DNA of 64,000 nt from an uncultured Rhizobium sp. (lineage in GTDB: Bacteria; Pseudomonadota; Alphaproteobacteria; Rickettsiales; UBA1997), in contig CAZCWN010000001.1 in assembly GCA_964502375.1 (NCBI GenBank), forward strand, positions 16,278 through 80,277. The letters are read 5' to 3'. This document shows, in pieces, positions 38,630-48,508 of this stretch (position 1 is its first letter; each line of letters opens with the position of its first letter). The notes beneath the pieces were generated by a model, which saw only the letters and a program-made list of their open reading frames with translations, was not told the DNA's origin and did not search any database. The translations under genes and the position numbers were made by a program.

Positions 38630-38705
38630 GGGATTGTAGCTCAGCGGTTAGAGCAGGACGCTCATAACGTCTTGGTCGCAGGTTCGATCCCTGCCGATCC
38701 CACCA
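38630..38705 (+). tRNA. tRNA with anticodon CAT (elongator Met or lysidine-type Ile2; not initiator)
   Basis: Hand-folded cloverleaf: acceptor GGGATTG/CGATCCC, anticodon stem GGACG/CGTCT, loop CTCATAA, T-loop TTCGATC, 3' ACCA. Positions 1 and 72 are paired, and the anticodon stem lacks a GGG/CCC run, which argues against tRNA-fMet. Confidence 0.9.
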
Positions 38706-38790
38706 TCTAACTCTTTCTTAACTCTTTGATTCACAGGTTTTAAAAGTGGTTTGTTAGAATCCACCTGCGTTTCTGCTAATAAAAAGATAT

Positions 38791-38994
38791 ATGCCAAAAA
38801 TGAAAACAAACAGTGGAGCCAAGAAGCGATTCAAGGTTACTGGCACTGGAAAGATTGTTCATAAACAAGCCGGAAAAAGGCACAATCTTAATAAAAAAAG
38901 TCAAACAAGGATTAGAAATCTGCGGAAAAGCGCAACCTTGTCAGAGGGCCATTCAGCCAGTGTATTGAAACATAAAATGCCCTATAATCGCTAA
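38791..38994 (+). CDS. rpmI: 50S ribosomal protein L35
   Basis: [18 protein letters not shown]....AGKRH.L..K. Confidence 0.95.
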   Translation: MPKMKTNSGAKKRFKVTGTGKIVHKQAGKRHNLNKKSQTRIRNLRKSATLSEGHSASVLKHKMPYNR

Positions 38995-39008
38995 ATCCAG
39001 GAGAAAAA

Positions 39009-39368
39009 ATGAGTCGTGTAAAAAGAGGTGTCACTAAAAAAGCCAGACACAAGAAAATTTTAAAAATGGCAAAAGGCTATCGTGGCCGCGCCAAAAATTG
39101 CTTTCGCGTAGCAATTGAAAAAGTTGAAAAAGCTTTACGTTACGCCTATCGCGATCGCAGAACCAAAAAAAGAGACTTCCGCGCTTTGTGGATCCAGCGT
39201 ATTAACGCCGCCGTCCGCGAACATGGTTTAGTTTATTCAAAATTTATTAGCGGCCTAAAAGCAGCTAATGTGGATCTAGATCGCAAAGTTTTGTCTGATC
39301 TTGCCACAAGAGAACCAGAAACTTTTAGCAAAATTGTAGAAAAAGCTAAGGCTGCTCTACGAGCCTAA
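39009..39368 (+). CDS. rplT: 50S ribosomal protein L20
   Basis: MSRVKRGV...RHKKILK.AKGYRG and YRDRR.KKRDFR.LWI.RINAA. Confidence 0.97.
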   Translation: MSRVKRGVTKKARHKKILKMAKGYRGRAKNCFRVAIEKVEKALRYAYRDRRTKKRDFRALWIQRINAAVREHGLVYSKFISGLKAANVDLDRKVLSDLATREPETFSKIVEKAKAALRA

Positions 39369-39373
39369 ATACA

Positions 39374-39437
39374 GTGCTTGGTACAGGGGTTAAAGCTTAA
39401 TAGAAAATAATTAGGCTAAGCTCTATGTACCAAGCAC
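39374..39437 (+). other. long hairpin after rplT (12-bp perfect stem, 40-nt loop with internal pairing)
   Basis: GTGCTTGGTACA (39374-39385) pairs with TGTACCAAGCAC (39426-39437). Inside the loop, AGCTTA pairs with TAAGCT. No U-tract follows. Confidence 0.4.
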
Positions 39438-39453
39438 CAACAACAAATCACCT

Positions 39454-39921
39454 ATGAAACTCTACAGCGCTTTTACCAAAGAAAATCGCGAAGGAAAAAT
39501 TGAAGATGTGATATTGCTGAAAGATGGTTTTTCTTACCCAGCTTTTTTCTTTAGCGGTCTGTGGTTTCTATATCATAAGATGTGGCAGGAATTTTTTGCC
39601 CTTTTACTTATCAACTTTGCTTTCATTCTTTTAGGCGGGATTTCCTCTAGTTTTGACCGCATTTTTCTTGAAATCGCTTTTATTTTTATCATCGCCCTAA
39701 ACGCTAATTATTGGCGTGCGGATAAATTAAGAAAAAGCGGATATAATTTTGTTGGCCTAGTTTTCGGCAATAACCCAGCTGAAGCTAAATTGCGTTTCGC
39801 CAACAATTTCAAGGCCGATTATGATATCGATTTAAACAAATTTGATACTTCGCTCATCCATCCCGAACTACACCAAAAAATAATAAAGATGAAAAAAACT
39901 AACCCTGATTTCATCATATGA
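39454..39921 (+). CDS. DUF2628-like small membrane protein
   Basis: 155 aa with two TM segments after an N-terminal cytosolic part (GFS.PAFFF...W.LYH.MW). It overlaps hisH by 4 nt, as in the alphaproteobacterial his operon arrangement. Confidence 0.6.
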   Translation: MKLYSAFTKENREGKIEDVILLKDGFSYPAFFFSGLWFLYHKMWQEFFALLLINFAFILLGGISSSFDRIFLEIAFIFIIALNANYWRADKLRKSGYNFVGLVFGNNPAEAKLRFANNFKADYDIDLNKFDTSLIHPELHQKIIKMKKTNPDFII

Positions 39922-40547
39922 AAATAGCCATAATTGATTACGGTTCAGGCAATATAGAATCTGTCGCTAATGCCTTTAACTTGGTTAAAGGCAAGAATGA
40001 AATTATTGTCTCAAATAAACCTTTTGAAATCAGGGCAGCCAACTATTTAATTTTGCCGGGTGTCGGCGCCTTTGCTGATTGCATAGAAGGGTTAAAAGCA
40101 ATAGAAGGACTTTTACCAGAACTTAGAAAACAGGTCTTAGTTGAAAAAAAACCTTTTCTTGGAATTTGTGTAGGCATGCAGGTTCTAGCCTCAGTTGGCT
40201 ATGAGAACGGTGAATGCCAGGGGCTTGGTTTTGTTAATGGCAAAGTTGAAAAAATCGCTGCTAAAGAAGGCCTAAAAATTCCTCATATGGGCTGGAATGA
40301 AATTATAATTAAGCCCAATAAACACCCGGTTTTAAAAAATATTAGTAATGACGAGCATTTTTACTTTGCCAATTCTTATCACTTTATTTGCCAAAACGAA
40401 AATAACGTATTAGCGCAAGTAGAATATGGCACCAAGCTTAATGCCATAGTGGCAAAGGAAAATATTTTTGGTGTACAATTTCATCCCGAAAAAAGCGCCG
40501 AATCGGGCCTAAGATTGTTGAAAAATTTTCTAAATTGGCGTCCCTAA
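39918..40547 (+). CDS. hisH: imidazole glycerol phosphate synthase glutamine amidotransferase subunit HisH
   Basis: IIDYGSGN, LPGVGAF, the catalytic GICVGMQ, HMGWN and QFHPEKS. Confidence 0.9.
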   Translation: MKIAIIDYGSGNIESVANAFNLVKGKNEIIVSNKPFEIRAANYLILPGVGAFADCIEGLKAIEGLLPELRKQVLVEKKPFLGICVGMQVLASVGYENGECQGLGFVNGKVEKIAAKEGLKIPHMGWNEIIIKPNKHPVLKNISNDEHFYFANSYHFICQNENNVLAQVEYGTKLNAIVAKENIFGVQFHPEKSAESGLRLLKNFLNWRP

Positions 40548-40559
40548 GATTTATCTTTC

Positions 40560-41597
40560 ATGAAGCTTTCTGCCTTCATTTCTCATCATCTCTTTCATCC
40601 GCAAGCAGGATATTATCGCACCAAAAACCCCATTGGCAAAAACTCTGATTTTATAACAGCCCCAGAAATCAGCCAGGTTTTCGGCGAATTAGTAGCCGCC
40701 TATTTATTGCAAATTACCGCAAACAAAAAAAATAAAATAGCTTTGGTGGAAATGGGCGCAGGCAAAGGAACCTGGTTTAGCGATATTCTAACTTCTATAA
40801 AAAAGCTGGCGAAGAAAGAAATCCCAGAGGCCGTTGATTTTATTGAGCGCGCATCATTTCACATTATCGAGATCAATGAGGTTTTAAAAAAAATTCAGCA
40901 AGAAAATCTTCAGCAATTTTCTATAAAATGGCATAAGGACTTTTCTCAATTCTTAAAAGATTTAAAAAATTCAGAAGAAATTTTTTTCATCAGCAACGAG
41001 CTATTCGACTGCTTCCCTATAGACCAATTTGTTAAAACCGATATAGGTTGGTGCGAAAGAGTGGTGCAAAATCGAAGCGGAAAAAATTTTTTTGCTCTAG
41101 AGGCTTTTAACCCGCAAACTCACAATTTTGTTGAAAAAATGCTGGGCCCTAAAAAATCAGCCCTAGTACCAATTTCCGCCGTTTTTGAATATAGCAAAGA
41201 GGGATGCAACTTTATGGCTCAGCTTTGTCAGGCCCTACAACAACAAGGAGGTATGGCTATAATTATTGACTACGGTTACATTGAAAATGAATTTGCCAAT
41301 ACTTTACAAGCTGTAAAAGATCATCAAAAATGTAATATTCTTGAAACGCCAGGCAAAGTCGATATTACTGCTTTAGTGGATTTTTCCTCGCTAAAAAGAA
41401 TCGCTGAAAATTTTAATCTTGCTTCTTCTCTAATTTCACAAAATGAATTTTTAACTAGCCTAGGAATTGAAGAGCGTCGAAAAAAATTAATCGAAAAAAA
41501 CCCAGACAAAATGGCCGAAATCAACTCTGCTATTGATCGTTTGATTGCTTCTGATCAAATGGGCGAATTGTTTAAATGCCTTATTATTTGGAAATAA
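40560..41597 (+). CDS. class I SAM-dependent methyltransferase, DUF185 (NDUFAF7/MidA-like)
   Basis: [14 protein letters not shown] and EMGAGKGT are typical of this family. 345 aa. Confidence 0.8.
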   Translation: MKLSAFISHHLFHPQAGYYRTKNPIGKNSDFITAPEISQVFGELVAAYLLQITANKKNKIALVEMGAGKGTWFSDILTSIKKLAKKEIPEAVDFIERASFHIIEINEVLKKIQQENLQQFSIKWHKDFSQFLKDLKNSEEIFFISNELFDCFPIDQFVKTDIGWCERVVQNRSGKNFFALEAFNPQTHNFVEKMLGPKKSALVPISAVFEYSKEGCNFMAQLCQALQQQGGMAIIIDYGYIENEFANTLQAVKDHQKCNILETPGKVDITALVDFSSLKRIAENFNLASSLISQNEFLTSLGIEERRKKLIEKNPDKMAEINSAIDRLIASDQMGELFKCLIIWK

Positions 41598-41599
41598 CC

Positions 41600-42598
41600 A
41601 TGAAAGAAATTCACGAACCAACTAAAACTGACAAACTGCTTGCCGCCAATTATGACGCGGCTTTTCGCCATAATTGGCAACTTTCGGAAGTGCTTAAATT
41701 TTTCGAGATGCCATTTAATGATCTGATTTTTAAGGCCGCTGAAATTCATCGCCAATTTCATGATCAAAATGCCGTACAAATAAGCACTTTACTTAGCATT
41801 AAAACCGGCTCTTGCCCAGAAAATTGTAAATATTGCCCGCAATCGGCGCATTACGACACAGGGCTTGAAAAAGAATCTTTTCTCTCCCTTGATAAAATTC
41901 TAGCTGCAGCACAATCCGCTAAAGAAGCAGGCGCCTCAAGGTTCTGCATGGGTGCAGCATGGCGCAGTTTACATGATCGCGATGTTGAAAAAATTTGCCA
42001 AATTATTGATGCTGTAAAAAGCACTGGCCTTGAAACTTGTATGACACTTGGCATGTTAACAGGCCAGCAAAGCGCCAAACTAAAAGAATCAGGCCTCGAT
42101 TATTACAATCATAATATTGACACTTCGCCTGAATTTTATTCAGAAATTATCACCACTAGAAATTTTGAAGACCGTCTTAATACCCTAAAAAATGTGCGCG
42201 AGGCCGGCTTGAATGTTTGCTCTGGCGGCATTGTCGGCATGGGCGAAACACGCGAAGATCGCGCTAAAATGTTGATTGTTCTGGCTAATTTACCTCAACA
42301 TCCCCAATCCGTTCCAATCAATATGTTGGTAAAAGTTAAAGGAACACCATTGGCCGAAAATGCCACTCTTGATCAATTTGAATTTATCCGCACCATCGCC
42401 GTTGCAAGAATCATGATGCCGCAATCGGTGGTGCGGCTTTCAGCAGGTCGTGAAAATATGAATGAACAAACTCAAGCCTTGTGTTTCTTAGCTGGAGCCA
42501 ATTCAATTTTTTACGGCGAAAAATTATTAACTACTGCCAATCCAGAAATGGAGCGTGATCGCCAATTATTCACCAAGTTGGGAATAGTTGGAAAATAG
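41600..42598 (+). CDS. bioB: biotin synthase
   Basis: I chose the ATG at 41600. It has the radical-SAM [11 protein letters not shown] motif, [15 protein letters not shown] and the GG..G.GE blocks. Confidence 0.95.
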   Translation: MKEIHEPTKTDKLLAANYDAAFRHNWQLSEVLKFFEMPFNDLIFKAAEIHRQFHDQNAVQISTLLSIKTGSCPENCKYCPQSAHYDTGLEKESFLSLDKILAAAQSAKEAGASRFCMGAAWRSLHDRDVEKICQIIDAVKSTGLETCMTLGMLTGQQSAKLKESGLDYYNHNIDTSPEFYSEIITTRNFEDRLNTLKNVREAGLNVCSGGIVGMGETREDRAKMLIVLANLPQHPQSVPINMLVKVKGTPLAENATLDQFEFIRTIAVARIMMPQSVVRLSAGRENMNEQTQALCFLAGANSIFYGEKLLTTANPEMERDRQLFTKLGIVGK

Positions 42599-42634
42599 CG
42601 CCAATATTCATCTAACAAATTCAATTTTTTAAAT

Positions 42635-43099
42635 ATGTCAAAAATCGAAGAAAAATTAAAATCTCTTGCAATCACTTTACCAGAGGCGGCCGCGCCAGTT
42701 GCCAATTATGTTGGATTTGTGAAATCGGGAAATCAGGTTTTTATTTCCGGACAATTACCACTTGAAAATGGTGAGCTGAAATTTGTGGGCAAAGTTGGCT
42801 CAAAAGTTTCTGTCGAAGATGCAAAAAAGGCAGCAAGAATTTGCGCTATAAATATTATGGCCCAGCTTAAATCAGCCTGCGGCGGCGATTTAGACCGCGT
42901 TACTAGATGCATAAAATTAGGCGTTTTTGTTAATGGCGATGCTGATTTCATTGATCACCCAACAGTTGCTAATGGCGCCTCTGATTTGATCGCAGAAGTT
43001 TTTGGCGATGCTGGAAAACATGCGCGTGCTGCTGTTGGCTCTGGTTCCTTGCCACGTGGCGTTTCTGTGGAAGTGGACGCAATCTTCGAAATTAAATAA
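42635..43099 (+). CDS. RidA/YjgF/RutC-family protein
   Basis: 154 aa with FISGQLP and a C-terminal R..VG...LP.G..VE.D.IFE. Confidence 0.85.
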   Translation: MSKIEEKLKSLAITLPEAAAPVANYVGFVKSGNQVFISGQLPLENGELKFVGKVGSKVSVEDAKKAARICAINIMAQLKSACGGDLDRVTRCIKLGVFVNGDADFIDHPTVANGASDLIAEVFGDAGKHARAAVGSGSLPRGVSVEVDAIFEIK

Positions 43100-43100
43100 T

Positions 43101-43532
43101 ATGCTTCAGCCCTTTCATTTAGCGATCCCAATTCATGATTTGGAATTAGCCCGAAAATTTTATGGTCAAGTTTTGGGTTTCGAGGAAGGGCGCGCAAGCG
43201 AAACTTGGATTGATTGGAATTGTTTTGGCCACCAACTTGTAACTCATTTAAACCCAGCGGCTAATCCAGAAAAAATCACAAATATTGTTGATGGCCATGG
43301 GGTTCCGGTTCCGCATTTTGGCGTGGTTCTCGAGTGGCAGCAATGGCATAATTTCGCAGAAAAATTACGTGCCGGTAACATAAAATTCGTGATCGAACCC
43401 TATATAAGATTTCGTGGAAAAATTGGTGAACAAGCCACTATGTTTTTTTTCGACCCAAGTGGCAATGCCCTGGAATTCAAGGCTTTCCAAGATATATCGC
43501 AGCTTTTTCGCAAATATGATAATATTTTATAA
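43101..43532 (+). CDS. VOC (glyoxalase/bleomycin-resistance/dioxygenase) family protein
   Basis: I chose the ATG at 43101, 1 nt after the ridA stop. FHLAIP..DL..A..FY...LG and PHFG and F.DPSGN.LEFK. Confidence 0.75.
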   Translation: MLQPFHLAIPIHDLELARKFYGQVLGFEEGRASETWIDWNCFGHQLVTHLNPAANPEKITNIVDGHGVPVPHFGVVLEWQQWHNFAEKLRAGNIKFVIEPYIRFRGKIGEQATMFFFDPSGNALEFKAFQDISQLFRKYDNIL

Positions 43533-44279
43533 TTTTTCTTCCGTTTCCTTGATGGCAGGAATTCTACCGATGTGAAAATATCTTCCTTTTAGCTCAACGC
43601 CTTTAATTCTGTGAACAAACCCACCTTCTCCCACAGCTGACTTATAAAAATAGAACATTGAAAAACATTTGCTTGGCGCCTTTGCAAGAATTCGCGGGTT
43701 AATAATCTGTAAACCAACAAAAACATAGTTCATCTCTACATCGGGCACGCGAAAAAGATTGCCATTAAAAAGATCAAAGTCTCCGCCACCATGCTGATTT
43801 CCTTCATAGCCCAAATATTCTTCTTTCCTCTTTAGCCCCAGTAAAATATCGCATTTCTCATTTTCTTCTTTTGATTGTTGCAATGTCTCCCACTGCTTAG
43901 CCATTAGCTCAATATCAGAAATTAATCCTTCTTCACGCCATAAAATATCACCATTAATTGTTAAAAGCGGGGAATCCAAGTCGATTTTGTCTTGGGCAAA
44001 TAATAGGGCACCACCGGTTTCAACTTTTTCATTTTCGCGCGAAAAAATAATTTTTGGATTATTCAGTTTTTTTATGTGCTCTTCAATTTGATCAGCTAAA
44101 TAAAATCCGTTAATGATGATTTTTTTTATGTCCGGAAAATGGGCTAATTTTTCAATTGTATAATCAATAATAGCCTTATCCTTAATTTTCACCAAAGGCT
44201 TAGGAATAACATCAGTAAGCGGCCTCATGCGTTCTCCACGGCCAGCTGCAAAAATAAAAGCTTGTGTAAGTTTAGTCAT
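43527..44279 (-). CDS. sugar-phosphate nucleotidyltransferase (MurU/GMP-like)
   Basis: I chose the internal ATG at 44279. [15 protein letters not shown]...PKPLV is the glycine-rich NTP-transferase signature. Confidence 0.8.
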   Translation of the reverse strand: MTKLTQAFIFAAGRGERMRPLTDVIPKPLVKIKDKAIIDYTIEKLAHFPDIKKIIINGFYLADQIEEHIKKLNNPKIIFSRENEKVETGGALLFAQDKIDLDSPLLTINGDILWREEGLISDIELMAKQWETLQQSKEENEKCDILLGLKRKEEYLGYEGNQHGGGDFDLFNGNLFRVPDVEMNYVFVGLQIINPRILAKAPSKCFSMFYFYKSAVGEGGFVHRIKGVELKGRYFHIGRIPAIKETEEKL

Positions 44280-46047
44280 TTGTTTCGCTATTATTATCAA
44301 TAATGAATCCACCAATTTGTGAATCCCAAAGTTTTTTATAAGCGCCTCCTAAACCAATCAACTCTTGATGCGAACCATCTTCAATAATTTTTCCTGCCTC
44401 AAAAACCAAAATTCGATCCATATTTCTCAATGTTGAAAGGCGATGAGCCACCACTATGGCCGTTTTTCCCTGCATGAGATTTTCCAAACTTTCCTGAATT
44501 AGCATTTCTGTGATCGAATCAAGCTGGCTAGTAGCTTCATCTAAAATTAAAATTGGAGAATTTTTTAAAAAAGCGCGCGCCATGGCAATTCTTTGCCGCT
44601 GGCCGCCAGACAACTTAACCCCGCGCTCCCCAACTAAAGATTGATAGCCATAAGGCAGTTTTTCAATAAATGCGTGAGCGTGAGCTTTTTTCGCCGCTTC
44701 AATAATTTCTGCCTTTGAAGCATTAGTACCATAAGAAATATTTTCTAGAAGCGTGCGGTGAAAAAGTGACGGATCTTGTGGGATGGCCGCAATAGAGGCT
44801 CTAAGCGACTCTTGAGTAACTTGGGAAATGTCTTGCCCATCAATCAAAATACGCCCTTTGTTAAGATCAAAAAAACGCAAAATCAAATTGATGAAAGTGG
44901 TTTTTCCACCGCCGGAATGGCCAACGAGACCAATTTTTCCTCCTGGGTTTATTATAATATTTTTATCGAAAAAAAGCGGCGAAGAGTCTTTACCATAAGA
45001 AAACACCACATTTTGGAATTCAATTTTTCCACGTGTTACCGCTAAATCTTTTGCACCTGGTGCGTCCTTGATTTGCAAGGGCTGATTAATGATTTGCAAC
45101 GCCTGGCTAATTGTTCCTACGTCCTCCAAAAACCCGTTCATTTCATTTGCTGCTGTCCACATCAAATGGATGATCCAATTATTAATTGTGAAGAGCATCA
45201 GAAAATCCCCTAGAGTTACTAGGTTTCTGGAATAAAGCCAAATCAGAGCGGCAATACAAACAGCAAAATAACTTGAAAAAGTAATGGAATGAAGAAGGTA
45301 AAATTTGATTAGAAAAGAATTCCTGCTTTTATGGCGCTCGGTATATTCATCTTGCAAAAGGCTGATTTTATTAATCTCCGTGCGCCTTCCATTAAAAAAT
45401 CTGACATTGCTTATATTGCTTAGAATATCGACTAAATTACCTACTATCACCGTTTGTTGATGCGCCACAGCAATAGACAGAGGGTTAATAGTTTTAGAAG
45501 CTCTAACCGCCATAAAAATGAACAACGCCGCCCACATAATTAATCCAAAGGCAAAGAATTTATGAATTGAGAGCAAGGCAACAAAGGCAATCAAAAGGCT
45601 TAATATTACGTTTAAAAAACTGTAAAGCGCTCTCCCTAACATTTCCGGGGCACGACTGGAAAGGTCGCGCACCTTGCTTGCTAGTGATCCAGAAAAATTA
45701 TTTTGGAAAAAACTATGCGAATGTTGCATTACATAGGCCATTGCTTCCGTAGTAATTTTTTTCCTCATCAAAGGTTTTAGATACATCCAAGAATAATCAG
45801 CAAGACGCCAAACAAAGCCGGGCAAAACAGTAAAAATAATCAACATTAGAGCCAAAGGCCAGGCTTCGAGAATTATATTTTGAGGTTCAGTAGCCGTTAA
45901 TTTGTTGATCAAAAGTTTTGAAATATAGGGCCACAAAGAAAGATCGATCGCATTATAAACAACCACAAAAAGATGGAGCGCCAAGTAGAATTTAAAAGGC
46001 TTGGCAGCATTAAACAAAAATGAGAAAGCGGTGAGATTTTTTTGCAT
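44272..46047 (-). CDS. ABC exporter, fused permease-ATPase (MsbA/multidrug type)
   Basis: 591 aa with a six-TM N-terminal domain, Walker A GHSGGGKTT, signature LSGGQRQR, Walker B ILILDEATS and H-loop VAHRLST. Confidence 0.9.
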   Translation of the reverse strand: MQKNLTAFSFLFNAAKPFKFYLALHLFVVVYNAIDLSLWPYISKLLINKLTATEPQNIILEAWPLALMLIIFTVLPGFVWRLADYSWMYLKPLMRKKITTEAMAYVMQHSHSFFQNNFSGSLASKVRDLSSRAPEMLGRALYSFLNVILSLLIAFVALLSIHKFFAFGLIMWAALFIFMAVRASKTINPLSIAVAHQQTVIVGNLVDILSNISNVRFFNGRRTEINKISLLQDEYTERHKSRNSFLIKFYLLHSITFSSYFAVCIAALIWLYSRNLVTLGDFLMLFTINNWIIHLMWTAANEMNGFLEDVGTISQALQIINQPLQIKDAPGAKDLAVTRGKIEFQNVVFSYGKDSSPLFFDKNIIINPGGKIGLVGHSGGGKTTFINLILRFFDLNKGRILIDGQDISQVTQESLRASIAAIPQDPSLFHRTLLENISYGTNASKAEIIEAAKKAHAHAFIEKLPYGYQSLVGERGVKLSGGQRQRIAMARAFLKNSPILILDEATSQLDSITEMLIQESLENLMQGKTAIVVAHRLSTLRNMDRILVFEAGKIIEDGSHQELIGLGGAYKKLWDSQIGGFIIDNNSETND

Positions 46048-46958
46048 TACTTGGTTGAAATAATGTCTAAGCCGATATCAACAGCTTTTACCGAATGAGT
46101 AATGGCGCCTGTCGAAATAAAATCAACATCAAGCTGGGAGAAAGTCCCTATATTCGATAAATTGACTCCTCCTGAAATTTCGATTTGGATTTTTTTTTCA
46201 GAATTTTGGCGAATTAATTCTATCGATTTTTTAAGTTCTGCAATTTTCATATTATCTAACATGATAATATCCGGCCCTGATTTTACTGCTTCGACAACTT
46301 GTTCAGAAGTATCACACTCAACCTCAATCTTTAGCTTCTTTCGATTTTTTTTGGCAGCTTCAATTGCACTTTTTACCCCCCCTGCAGCGGCAATGTGATT
46401 ATCTTTTATCAGAATCATATCCGACAAATTAAAGCGATGATTTTTTCCGCCACCGGCCGCTACGGCGTATTTCTGTAGGGCGCGCAAACCTGGCAAAGTT
46501 TTTCTACTATCAAGAATTTTTATTTTTTTGTTATTTAATTCTTTAACAAATTTCTGTGTAACTGTGGCGATGCCGCTTAAATGCTGAACTAAATTTAGCA
46601 TAACTCTTTCGGCGGCAAAAATCATTCTGGCATTGCCATGGCCGCGCGCTATTGGTTTTCCTGGCTTCACATCACTGCCATCATCAATAAAGATTTCTAG
46701 ATCAAGCGGGCAATTTTTAAATTTGGCCGAATTTTTTAACTGCGAAAAAGCTTCAAGAATTATTTCTTTTCCACAAAAAACTATCAGCTCTCGAGGGCTG
46801 ATTTCAAAAGATATAAGGCTATTTTTAGCAATTGTTAAATCAGAAGTAACATCATCAAAAGCGCCATCTTCGCGCAAAGCAATTTTAATAATTTTTGTGA
46901 TTTCTTTTTTTAAAGCCTTAGGGAATGCGATTATATTTTTTTTATTCTGTTTTGACAT
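46047..46958 (-). CDS. nadC: nicotinate-nucleotide pyrophosphorylase (quinolinate phosphoribosyltransferase)
   Basis: AL.ED....D.T, ER..LN..Q..SGIAT, RKT.PG.R...KYAV..GGG.NHR and IKDNHI. Confidence 0.9.
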   Translation of the reverse strand: MSKQNKKNIIAFPKALKKEITKIIKIALREDGAFDDVTSDLTIAKNSLISFEISPRELIVFCGKEIILEAFSQLKNSAKFKNCPLDLEIFIDDGSDVKPGKPIARGHGNARMIFAAERVMLNLVQHLSGIATVTQKFVKELNNKKIKILDSRKTLPGLRALQKYAVAAGGGKNHRFNLSDMILIKDNHIAAAGGVKSAIEAAKKNRKKLKIEVECDTSEQVVEAVKSGPDIIMLDNMKIAELKKSIELIRQNSEKKIQIEISGGVNLSNIGTFSQLDVDFISTGAITHSVKAVDIGLDIISTK

Positions 46959-47704
46959 TTGCGTGGATCAAATTTTTGTTTCTTCAAACGTGACAAGCGT
47001 TCATTGATAAAATAACGCATAAAATTCATTTCTTCTGGCTTGATCTGGCGCGCGCCATTCTCACTTTCTTTGATAAGATTTTCAATTACCTCAAAAGCCA
47101 TACAATCATCGCCCATCTCTTCATAGATAAAGGCCGGCATTTGTTTAGTCCAGAAGGGGGCGTTAGTAGAATTATTTTGGCTTAATTTTTGGGCCACCTC
47201 AAGCGCCACTTTCATATCCCCCAAATTATTCTTGGCGATAAATACCGCTTGAAAAAGCCACCACCATTTATTGTCAAGATCACGCATGGCGTGCTCCGAG
47301 AGATAATTTATGATATAGCGCGTATCTTCAGTTTTTTGCGTTTGCGCGTAGTAATAGCTAGCCAAAGCTGGCACAAAATTTGATTGGGGGTTAAGCTCAT
47401 CCAGCATTTTCATCCATTGGTAAATACGCGAATAATCATATTTTTTTAGCGCCACAAACCCAGCAAAAACATCACCCGAATTTTGTAAACGCGTACTCAA
47501 AAATCGAAATAAAAACTCTTTATCCCCAAAAGAAATTGCTGAAAGCAGATATTTGCTGGGCGCAGGGGGCACAATTTCCAAAGTTGGATGAAATCTTTCG
47601 GTTTGTTTCCAGAAAAAAATCTGGCAGACAAAAATTGCAACGAACAACCAGAAAAAAATTTTGTGACTATAGAGATGGTAAAAAAATTGCCCCTTATTAG
47701 CCAT
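46931..47704 (-). CDS. hypothetical membrane-anchored helical-repeat protein
   Basis: 257 aa. One N-terminal TM segment (IFFWLFVAIFVCQIFFW) is followed by an all-helical, Trp/Tyr-rich, TPR-like region. No motif recognised. It is translationally coupled at both ends. Confidence 0.45.
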   Translation of the reverse strand: MANKGQFFYHLYSHKIFFWLFVAIFVCQIFFWKQTERFHPTLEIVPPAPSKYLLSAISFGDKEFLFRFLSTRLQNSGDVFAGFVALKKYDYSRIYQWMKMLDELNPQSNFVPALASYYYAQTQKTEDTRYIINYLSEHAMRDLDNKWWWLFQAVFIAKNNLGDMKVALEVAQKLSQNNSTNAPFWTKQMPAFIYEEMGDDCMAFEVIENLIKESENGARQIKPEEMNFMRYFINERLSRLKKQKFDPRKCQNRIKKI

Positions 47705-48465
47705 TAGAACTGCTTCTTTTTAAAATCGTGGAAGGCCATGAAAATCACCAGCGGAATATAGATTACTGATTGCCAAAAAATGATTTTCAAACTGGTAAAA
47801 TCAGAAATTTCATAATTCAGCCAACTGCTTTGCCCAAATAAATCAAGGCGCGGGAAAAATGCGGAAAGAATTTTTAACACTGTGGCTAAAAAATGGCTTT
47901 TTGCTTCGGCCAAATTTTGTGGCAATTCAATAGCCACTACAAACATTCCCATTAGCCGCGATATAGCATAGAAGCCAAAGGAGGCCATAATTGCCGAAAA
48001 AGAACTTTTCAAAATCAGTGAAGAAAGAAGTGAAAAACAAATCACAATTAAAAGCTCTGCAAGTAAGCTGGCTGACCACAATAAAAGCCCGAATTTATTG
48101 GCCTGAACTACGATTAAAATTGCCGTAATTAAGGGAATGAAAATTAAGAAAGCCGCAAGAAAGAATCCGACTAAATAACTTAAAATAAATTGTTGGCGCG
48201 AGATTGATTTGGAGATGATGAATTCAACTTCTTTATTTTCAAAAGCACGATTGACGCTTAGGCAAACGAATAAAATCATGCCAATAGCAAATATTGTACG
48301 CGAGGAGCCGGCGATATAGGCGGCTGTCATTTGCTGTTGTTCAACCAAAGCCGTTGAACCAAGGAAAATCGAGATGGAAAAAGAAGTTACTAAAGTGATG
48401 AAAAGGCCAATATAAAGCCTGTCCCGAATGCCGGAAAGTAAGATATATTTTAATATCGATTTCAT
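47704..48465 (-). CDS. ABC-2-type permease-like integral membrane protein (no adjacent ATPase)
   Basis: 253 aa, about six TM segments. The E.KE.EF..SK.ISR block after TM2 resembles the E..GT.E.L...P.SR motif of ABC-2/NosY-like permeases. Confidence 0.5.
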   Translation of the reverse strand: MKSILKYILLSGIRDRLYIGLFITLVTSFSISIFLGSTALVEQQQMTAAYIAGSSRTIFAIGMILFVCLSVNRAFENKEVEFIISKSISRQQFILSYLVGFFLAAFLIFIPLITAILIVVQANKFGLLLWSASLLAELLIVICFSLLSSLILKSSFSAIMASFGFYAISRLMGMFVVAIELPQNLAEAKSHFLATVLKILSAFFPRLDLFGQSSWLNYEISDFTSLKIIFWQSVIYIPLVIFMAFHDFKKKQF

Positions 48466-48508
48466 GATAATTAATGCTTAGCGCTTAGAGCTGAACTTAA
48501 AAATGCGC

